This document shows, one piece after another, positions 37,101 to 46,100 of a stretch of DNA of 64,000 nucleotides; within the stretch, counting starts at the first letter, position 1; every line of letters starts with the position of its first letter. The translations under genes and the position numbers were made by a program. The notes under the pieces were generated by a model that saw only the letters and a program-made list of their open reading frames with translations, did no database searches and was not told the DNA's origin. This stretch comes from Alphaproteobacteria bacterium (GTDB lineage Bacteria > Pseudomonadota > Alphaproteobacteria > UBA828), in the NCBI GenBank assembly GCA_965220745.1, contig CBDCQT010000006.1:32001-96000 (forward strand). The letters run 5' to 3'.

Positions 37101-40100
37101 TCGCCGCGCTGCCGGAAGGCCGGTCGCTGCGGGTGATCGAGGTCGGTGCAGGGACGGGCGCGACCACCTCCGCCGTCCTAGACATCCTGCCGTCCGACCG
37201 AACCGAATACACCTTCACGGACATCTCGACCGGCTTCTTCCCGGACGCGGAGCGGAAGTTCGGCGAGCGGGGCGTGGACCTTCGCCTCCTAGCGCTTGAC
37301 ATCGAACGGGATCCGGCGGATCAGGGGTTCGCGCACCACGGCTACGACCTCGTAATTGCCGCGAACGTCCTGCACGCGACCCGCGACTTAGCTGAAACGC
37401 TCACCCACTGTCGGCGGCTCTTGGCCCCGTCGGGCGTACTGGTGGCCGTCGAGGAAACCGTCCGGAAGCAATGGCTGGACCTGACCTTCGGACTGCTGCC
37501 CGGCTGGTGGCGCTTCCGGGACGAGTATCGCTCCGACTACGCACTGGTCCCAGCCCCTGTCTGGCACCAAGCCCTCGCCGACACCGGATTCGTCGGGATG
37601 TCTCACGTCGAGCTTCCGTCAGGGGCGCTCCTGCTCTTGGCGCGGGGGCCGTCGGAGGTGCAGGCTAGACCGGGTCGTTTTGTGCTGGCTGGAGCGGGAG
37701 CATTCCCCGAAGCACTCGAGAGAGAACTCCGCGAGCGGGGACAGGATGTGGTGCCGGGCCCGGCGGATGGGCGACGGACGTCATGGCGATCGTTCTTCAG
37801 GACGCTGGACGGCGAGGTGCCGCTGTGGGGCGTGGTGCATTTGGAAGGCATGCGGCGAGATGCGGCGAAGCTTTCGACCGCAGATCTGGCAGGGGACGCG
37901 GAGGAGATCGGGGCGAGCGCTCTGGCGCTGGTCCAAGGCATGTCGGACGCCGGCGCGGCACCCGTGAACGGCACTTGGTTCGTGACCCGAGGTGGTCAGG
38001 TGATCGACCGGGAGCGCTCCGGCGCCCTCCCCGGAGCCATGCTCTGGGGCTTCGCGAGCGTGGTGGACTTGGAGCATGGGGATCTGACCCCCCGCCTGCT
38101 GGACCTGGACCCCGAGGCCCCCCCGTCCGCCAGCGCGCTGGCCGACGAGTTGCTCTTCCCGGACCGGGAGACGCGCGTCGCCCGACGGGGCGGAGCCCGA
38201 CTGGTCGCTCGGCTCACGCGCGTCGCCCGACGGGGCGAACTCCCGGAGGACAATGCGTGGCGCTGGGCGGCCGATCCGGATGGAGTACTCGACGCGGTGC
38301 GAATGGAGGATGCCTCGGAGGAGCCTGGTCCAGGCGAGGTTCGGGTGCGGCTCGAGGCGGCCGGGGTGAACTTCCACGACGTAATGGTGGGGATGCAGGT
38401 CGTGGACGCCGATCAGCGGCTTGGCAGCGAGTTGTGTGGCCGGGTGGTGGAGGCAGGTGAAGGTGTGCGCGAATTCCAAGCAGGGGACCGGGTGGTGGGA
38501 TTCGCCGGCGGAGCGTTCGGGCCCGAGGTGATCACCCGCGCCGAACACGTGGTGCCGTCACCGCCAAGGCATTCGGCGGCGGAGTTGGCAACCATCCCGG
38601 TGGCATTCGTGACCGCAGCACTTGCCTTCGAGCATTCGGGTCTCGGAACGGGCGCACGGATTCTGATCCATGCGGGAACGGGAGGCGTGGGTCACGCGGC
38701 GATCCGGCTGGCACGAGCTGCGGGACTCGAGGTGTACGCGACTGCCAGCGCACCGAAGCAGGAGTACCTGCGCTCGCTCGGTGTGCAGGCGGTGTTCGAC
38801 AGCCGCTCCACCGCCTTCGGCAAGCAGATCTTGGAAGCGACCGGAGGAGCCGGAGTGGCGATGGTGCTGAACAGCCTCTCCGGGGAGGGTTTCATTGAGG
38901 CCAGCCTGTCGTGTCTCGCGCCAGGCGGATGCTTCGTCGAACTCGGGAAGCGCAACATCCGCAGCGCAGGCGAGATGGCGGCCGACCGCCCGGACGTCCG
39001 TTACCTCGTCGTGGCGCTGGACCGGCTCCTGCGGGAGGAACCGGAGCGGCTCGGGACAGTTCTGAAGGGCGTGATGGAGCGCGTCGCGTCGGGGGAGATC
39101 GAACCGCTGCCAGTCACCCGCTGGCCGCTCGCGGAGGCGGGCAGCGCGCTCACCGAGTTGCAGGCGGCTCGCCATATCGGGAAGGTCGTGCTCGTGCCCT
39201 CGGCGCTGGCTGCGGGCCGGCTGCGCGGGGACCGGAGCTATCTGATCACGGGGGGGCTCGGAGGGCTCGGGCTGGAGGTGGCGCGCTGGCTTGCCGCAGC
39301 CGGAGCGGGGAGCATTGTCCTGAACGGACGCCGTCCGCCGGACACGGCAGCCGCAGGTGCCGTTGCGAAGCTGCGTGAGGGCGGTGCCGAGGTGCGCGTG
39401 GAGATCGCCGACGTGACGGACGAGGAGGCGGTGGCGGAGATGCTCGCGCGGATCGACGCCGAGCTGCCGCCGCTGGCGGGCGTGATCCACAGCGTGGGAG
39501 CGCTCGCCGACGCGGCCTTGACGAACCAAGACTGGGAGCGCTTCGAACGCGTGCTCGGGCCCAAAGCACTGGGGGCTTGGCGACTGCACCGCGCGACGCT
39601 CGACCGGGAGCTCGATCTGTTCGTCCTCTTCTCCAGCCTGGCGGGCGTGGTCGGGAGCCCGGGCCAAGCCAATCACGCGGCAGCCAACGCCTTCCTCGAC
39701 CAGCTGGCGCGGCACCGAAGGGCGCTGGGCCTGCCGGGTCAGGCCGTTGCGTGGGGACCGTGGTCGGGCATCGGCGAGGCCGAGGAGCAGCGCGAACGGA
39801 TCGCGGCGGGGCTCCCCCTCCACGGCGAGGAGTGGATCGCTCCCGAGCAGGGCATCCTCGCTTTGGCACGGCTCGTGCGCGAGGACGTCGGAACCAGTGT
39901 GGTGGCGTCCGTCGATTGGCCCACGCTCTCGGCGCGAGCACCTTGGCTCGCAGAAGTGCAGGGATCCTCGGAGATCCGCTCCTCCGGAGATCCGGAGGAC
40001 CTGATACGCCAGCTCCGGGGACTCGCGCCCGGGGAACGCCGGGAAGAACTGATCCGGTTCCTGCAAGAACAACTGGTCCAGATCCTGCGCCTGCGCTCGG

Positions 40101-43100
40101 CCCCGTCGCCCTCGGCGGGATTCTTCGAGCTGGGCATGGACTCGCTGATGGCGGTCGAGCTTCGCAACCGCCTGAACCGGGCCTTCCGCGGCGCGTTCGT
40201 CGTCTCCAACACCGCGGTCTTCGATCATCCCGACATCGCCCGTCTGGCCGAACACCTTGCAGGCAAGCTTCCCGGTGCGTCACCGGAGCCAGCGCGGGTG
40301 CGGGCCTTGCCCGCCGTCCGCCACCAACACGACAAACGTATCGCGATCATCGGCATGGCCTGCCGCTTCCCCGGGGCACCGGATGCCGAGGCGTTCTGGA
40401 AGCAGCTTCGCGCCGGAGCTGATTTGGTGACGAGGGGGCGTCCAGACGGGCTTTTCGTGGATGCCGAGACAGAAGCGGCCCGCCACTTCGGCGCGTATGT
40501 GGAGGGTCTCGACCGCTTCGACGCGGGGTTTTTCCGGATCGCCCCGGTCGAGGTGGAACTGCTAGACCCCCAGCAGCGGATGCTGCTCGAGACAAGCTGG
40601 ACGGCACTTGAGGACGCCGGGATCGCGCCGGACGGTCTGCGCGGCAGCCGAACGGGGGTCTACGGCGGGATCTCGACAAACGATTTTCACGCGCTCGTCA
40701 GCCAGACGGTTGGTGATCCGTCGACGATCCTCTACAGGTCCACCGGTGTCTCCTTCTCGACCGCGATCGGCCGGATCGCCTTCGCGCTCGGCCTCGAGGG
40801 TCCTGCCATCACGGTGGACACCGCGTGCTCGTCGTCGCTGGTCGCGCTGCATCAGGCGGCGGCGGCGCTCCGCGCAGGCGAGGCGGATCTCGCGCTGGCA
40901 GGCGGAGTGAACGCGATCCTGACGTCGAGCGCCACCAGGATCTTCACTGAGGCCGGCATGCTCGCCGCGGATGGACGTTGCAAGACCTTCGACGCGGCGG
41001 CCGACGGCTTTGTGCGCGGCGAGGGATGCGGCATGGTTGTGCTGAAGCGCCTTGCAGACGCGGAGGCGGCGGGAGACCGGATCCTCGCGGTTGTGCTCGG
41101 ATCGGCTGTGAACCAAGACGGCGCGAGTGCCGGCCTGACCGTGCCGAACGGCCCGGCCCAGGAGCGGGTGATCGAGGAGGCGCTTGTGCGGGCGGGCATC
41201 GAGGCCTCCTCGGTGGACTATCTGGAGGCGCACGGCACGGGCACCGAACTGGGCGATCCGATCGAGGTGGAGGCGGCGGCTGCCGTGTACGGCCGCGACC
41301 GGGATCTGAACCGCCCCCTGCTGATCGGGTCCGTGAAGACGAACGTGGGCCACTTGGAGGCTGCGTCCGGCGTGGCCGGGCTGATCAAGACGGTGCTCGC
41401 GATCCGCTCTGGCCTGATTCCGCGACACCTACACTTCGAGCGGCCCAACCCCCAGATGGACTGGGAGCAACTTCCTGTCCGGGTGACGTCGGAACCGACC
41501 CCCTGGCCGGAGGCCGAGCGGCTGCGGCGGGCCGCCGTCAGCTCCTTCGGGTACTCGGGCACCAACGCCCATGTCGTGATCGAGGGATACGCCGAAGAGC
41601 GCGAGCCGCCCCGCATCGAGCTGCCCGCGCTGCCGGAGTCGGGTGCAGATGACCGCGTCCCGCAGGCCGACGCGCCCCGCCAGCATCGGCTGCTCCCGCT
41701 CTCGGCGAAGTCCGAGGGCGCGCTTCGTCAGCTGGCCGGCCGCTATCGAGCCGCCCTCTCGGAAGACATGCCGCTCGCCGACATGGCCTGGACAGCGGGG
41801 GTGGGGCGGAGCCATTTCCGCTACCGCTCCGGCCTCGTATTCCAAGACCGGGCCTCGCTGGCAGAGCAGCTGGAAGTGGTGAGCCAGGGGGCCGCGGCGT
41901 CGCCCAGCGCGGGAAGGGTCGCCTTCCTTTACACCGGCCAGGGCAGCCAGTGGGCGGGCATGGGCCGGGAGCTTTATGCGACCGAGCCGGTCTTCCGAGC
42001 GGTTCTAGACCGGTGCGAAGAGGTCTTCCGAGCAGAGCGCGGCAGATCTCTTCTCACCGTGATCTTCGAGGATTCCGAGCGGCTGGAGCGGACCGAATGG
42101 ACGCAGCCGGCACTCTACGCGCTGGAGAGCGGGCTTACGGCTTTGTGGGCCAGCGTCGGGGTGCAGCCCGATGTCGTGTTCGGGCACAGCGTGGGAGAGA
42201 TCGCGGCGGCCGCGGCCGCCGGTGCCTTTGACCTCGAGACCGGGATGCGGTTCGCCACGCGCCGGAGCGCGCTGATGGGTTCGCTTCCCGATGGAGGTGC
42301 GATGGCGGCGGTGTTCGCCACGCGCGACCGCGTCACAGCCGCGCTGGAAGGTGCGGTGTCGCTGGCAGCGGACAACGGCGCGCACCAAGTCGTGAGCGGG
42401 CCGGCGGCCGACATCGAGGCGCTCCTGAAGCGCTTCGAAAAGGACGGTCTGCGAGTGGAGCGACTGCGGACCAGCCACGCCTTCCACAGCGCGCTGATGG
42501 AGCCAGTGCTGGCGGATCTGGAAGCGGCGACCCCCAAGGCCTCGGCCCCATCGGTGCGGTTGGTGAGCGATGTGAGCGGGCGCGTGCTGGAAGGCGCACC
42601 CGACGGAGCGTACTGGCGGCGTCAGGCGCGCGAGCCGGTCGCCTTCGCCGCCTCGACCGCAACGCTGGCGGAACTCGGAGCCCGGATCTTGGTTGAGATC
42701 GGCCCCGACGCCGTGCTTGGGCCGATGGCGGCGATGACGTGGCCCGAGGGCGAATCCCCAACGGTGGTGCGGAGCCTGCGACGGGATGGCAGCGGGGACT
42801 TCACTGCCGCGGCGGGCGCGATGTTTGAGGCCGGAGTCGACCTTTCCTTCGAGGGACTGTTCGCCGGAGAACGCCGCCGCCGAGTGGCACTCCCAACCTA
42901 TCCCTTCCAGCGCAGGCGCTACTGGTTGACAACGCCGTCCCGCCGCCGGATCGACGACGGTCATCCGCTGTTGGGTGTGCGCCGGGATTCGCGAAGCGGC
43001 GAGGTCTCCTTCGAGACCCAGATGTCCGCCGGGAACCCCGCCTGGCTGGCGGACTACGTAGTCGTGGGCGAAGTGATCGCGCCGGCAGCCCTGTTCGCTG

Positions 43101-46100
43101 GGCAGGTGATCGAAGCACTCGGAGAGACCGGGAATGACTCGGCGGTCTTCCTGGAACAGGTTCAGATCCATCATCCCCTGGTGCTGGAGCCGGGCGACGG
43201 GCGCGGCGTCCAGGTCTTCATCGGGCCGGACGGCCGCTGGGAAGTGGCCAGCCGGGAACCTCGAGGCGGGACTTGGCAGCTTCACGCTGACGGGAGCCTA
43301 GGGAGGAGCACGGTTGAAGAGGACCGCCTAGACCTCCAGACCGTGGAGCGGCGGCTATCCGCCTCGAGCGCGGCCGACTTCCGCAACGGGATGGCACAGC
43401 AGGGCATCGTCCTGGGACCGGCCTTCGGGGGACTCTCCGCCTTCGCGGCGGACGACAAGAGCGCTTGGGGCCGGGTTACGCGCCCCGCGCAACTGGCCGG
43501 AGACCGCCTGCGGGCCCATCCGGCGCAGCTGGACGCCTGTTTTCAGGTCGTGGCGGGACTCTTGGCCGGGCGGGTCGGCAACCGCCACTATCTCCCAATC
43601 GGGTGGAGCCGCCTCTGGCTCGCCGCACCGCTGCCCGAGCAGATCTTCTGCTACGCAAGGCTCGAAGAGGTCGGGGAGGAGACGGCCACGGCGGATCTCG
43701 CCCTTTACACTCCCGATGGCGTGCGCTGCGGTCACGTGGCCGGCTTCGCGCTCAAGCGCGCCACCCGGGCAGCGATGCTGGGCGGTCGGGTGGATCACCT
43801 GCTGCACAGCGTCGTTTGGCGGCGAAGCCCCAGCCTCCCAGGCCCCCGGGAAGCGTCGACCGCGGCCGATCCAGATGCGCCCGCGACGGGTGCGCGCCCG
43901 ATGGTGCCGGCGGAGGCAGAACCGCACCGCGGCGTGTTCGTCGTGTCCGGAAACGGGGCCGTCACGGAGGAGCTCGTGCGCGAGCTTGCGGACCGGCGGC
44001 AGACCGTCGTACCCGGCCCCTCCGAAAGCGGGAATCGGCAGGCTTGGCGCGCACTCTTCGAGGCGCTTCCATCTTCAGCTCCGCTCCGCGGCGTGGCTTA
44101 CCTCGCGGGGCTCAGGGGCGACGGACAGTACCTCGGAACCGAGGAACTCCGGCAGGAGCTTGAGGCCGCCGCGTCTGGAGCTCTGGCCTTGGCGCAGGGG
44201 ATGTGGGACGCAGGAGCGCGGGCGGTGAACGGGGTCACGTTGGCAACCCGTGGAGGCCAGGTCCTAGGGGGAGAGCGCACCGGCTCCCTAGCGGGTGCCG
44301 CGCTCTGGGGCCTGGGCGGTGTGGTCGGAGTCGAGAATGCGGACCTTCGTCCTCGCTTAGTGGACTTCGATCCGGACGCGTCGATCCCGGCCGCGATCCT
44401 GGCAGACGAACTGATGTTCCCGGACCGGGAGAACCGGATTGCGTGGCGAAACGGGGTGCGCCAAGTGGCCCGTCTGGTTCGGACCGACGGACCGGGAGAC
44501 AAGGCCCAGAGTGCCCGCGGGGCGCCCCAGCCGCCGGCAAGTCGCCTGAGGCCGGACCGGAGTTACCTCGTGACTGGAGGTCACGGGGGCATCGGCCTGC
44601 AAGTGGCTGGCTGGCTGGCGGATGCAGGAGTCGGCGAGATCGTTCTAAACGGACGGCGGGAGCCGACGCGGCGGGCCCGAACGGTGATAGGGGAGTTGCG
44701 TCGGCGCGGCGTGACGGTCCGTGTGGAGGTCGCAGACCTCACCGACACGAATGCGGTTGACGCCATGCTCGCACGGGTTGACGCCGAGATGCCCCCGCTC
44801 GGCGGCATTTTCCACTGCGCGGGCGTGCTCGCCGAGGCGGCGCTCAGCGACCAAGACTGGGCACGTTTTGAGACCGCGCTAGGTCCGAAGGCTCTGTCAG
44901 CGTGGCATCTTCACCGAGCGACGCTGGATCGCGAACTTGAGCTCTTCGTGCTCTTCTCGAGCCTCTCCGGGGTGGTCGGCAGCCTCGGCCTAGCGAATTA
45001 CGCCGCGGCGAACGCGTTCCTGGACCAGCTGGCGAATCATCGCCGTGCCCTTGGGCTTGCAGGACAGGCGATCGCTTGGGGTCGTTGGTCTGAGGTCGGC
45101 ATGGCGGAGAAGCAGCGCGGCCAGAGCGAAGCGCGGCTGAACGCACTCGGAGGCAGCTGGATCGCGCCCGAACAGGGTCTCCGGATCCTCGACCGCGTGG
45201 TTCGGGACGACTTGGGGGCACGGGTCGTCGCCGACATGGGCCGATCGACGCTGCCCCGCCTTCCGCTTTTTCCGCTGCTTGACGAGATCCGTGCGTCTGA
45301 ACGGTCCCTAGTGGACACTGTGCCTGCAAAGTCTGCCGCCGCCCTCGGGCGCCTTGAGAAAGCGGCACCCGCGCAACGCGAGAAGCTCGTGGCCGATTTT
45401 CTGGGGAATGAGGTGCGGTCCCTGCTGGGACTTGATGCGCCGCCGGACCATGACGTTGCCTTCTCGGAACTCGGCATGGACTCTCTGATGGCCGTAAATC
45501 TCCGCCAACGCCTGAATGCGGCGCTGCCGCGCGAAGTGGTCTCGCCCACCGCCCTTTTCGAGCATCCCGATGTCGGCCGACTGACGGGCCACCTGATCTC
45601 CGAACTCTTCCCGGCCGGTGATTCACCGTCACCGACCCCGACCGTCTCGGAGCGACCGGATTCCGCGCATGTGTCGAGTTCCCTCCCGCGCACGCCAGGC
45701 TTAGCCCTTGCGCACGAAGGTGGTGACCGAGTCGCGAGCCCCCCACGTGCGTCGAGACCCAATATCGACGACGACCGCGTTGCAGTCGTAGGCATGGCCT
45801 GCCGACTTCCCGGCGGCACCGACCTCGCGGAATTCTGGCGCACGCTCCGCGAGGGCCGGAGCGCCGTGACCGACGGTCGGCCCGAGAAGCTCGGCGGCAC
45901 CGGCGACACCCGTCACGCTGGAGCCTACGTTCCGGAGATCGACACGCTGGACGCCGAATTCTTCGGTGTCGCTGCCGCCGAAGCCCGCTGCATGGACCCG
46001 CAGCAGCGGATGCTGCTCGAGGTTAGCTGGACGGCTCTGGAACATGCGGGGATCGATCCGCGCTCGCTGAAGGGCAGCCGCAGCGGCGTTTTTGCGGGAG

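Noticed and set aside
6866-39676. Reading His-type KRs as simply dead (poly-beta-keto product)
   Set aside because: Not favoured: these modules retain intact DH motifs, and module 6 an intact ER, which need KR activity. It cannot be excluded without an assay.
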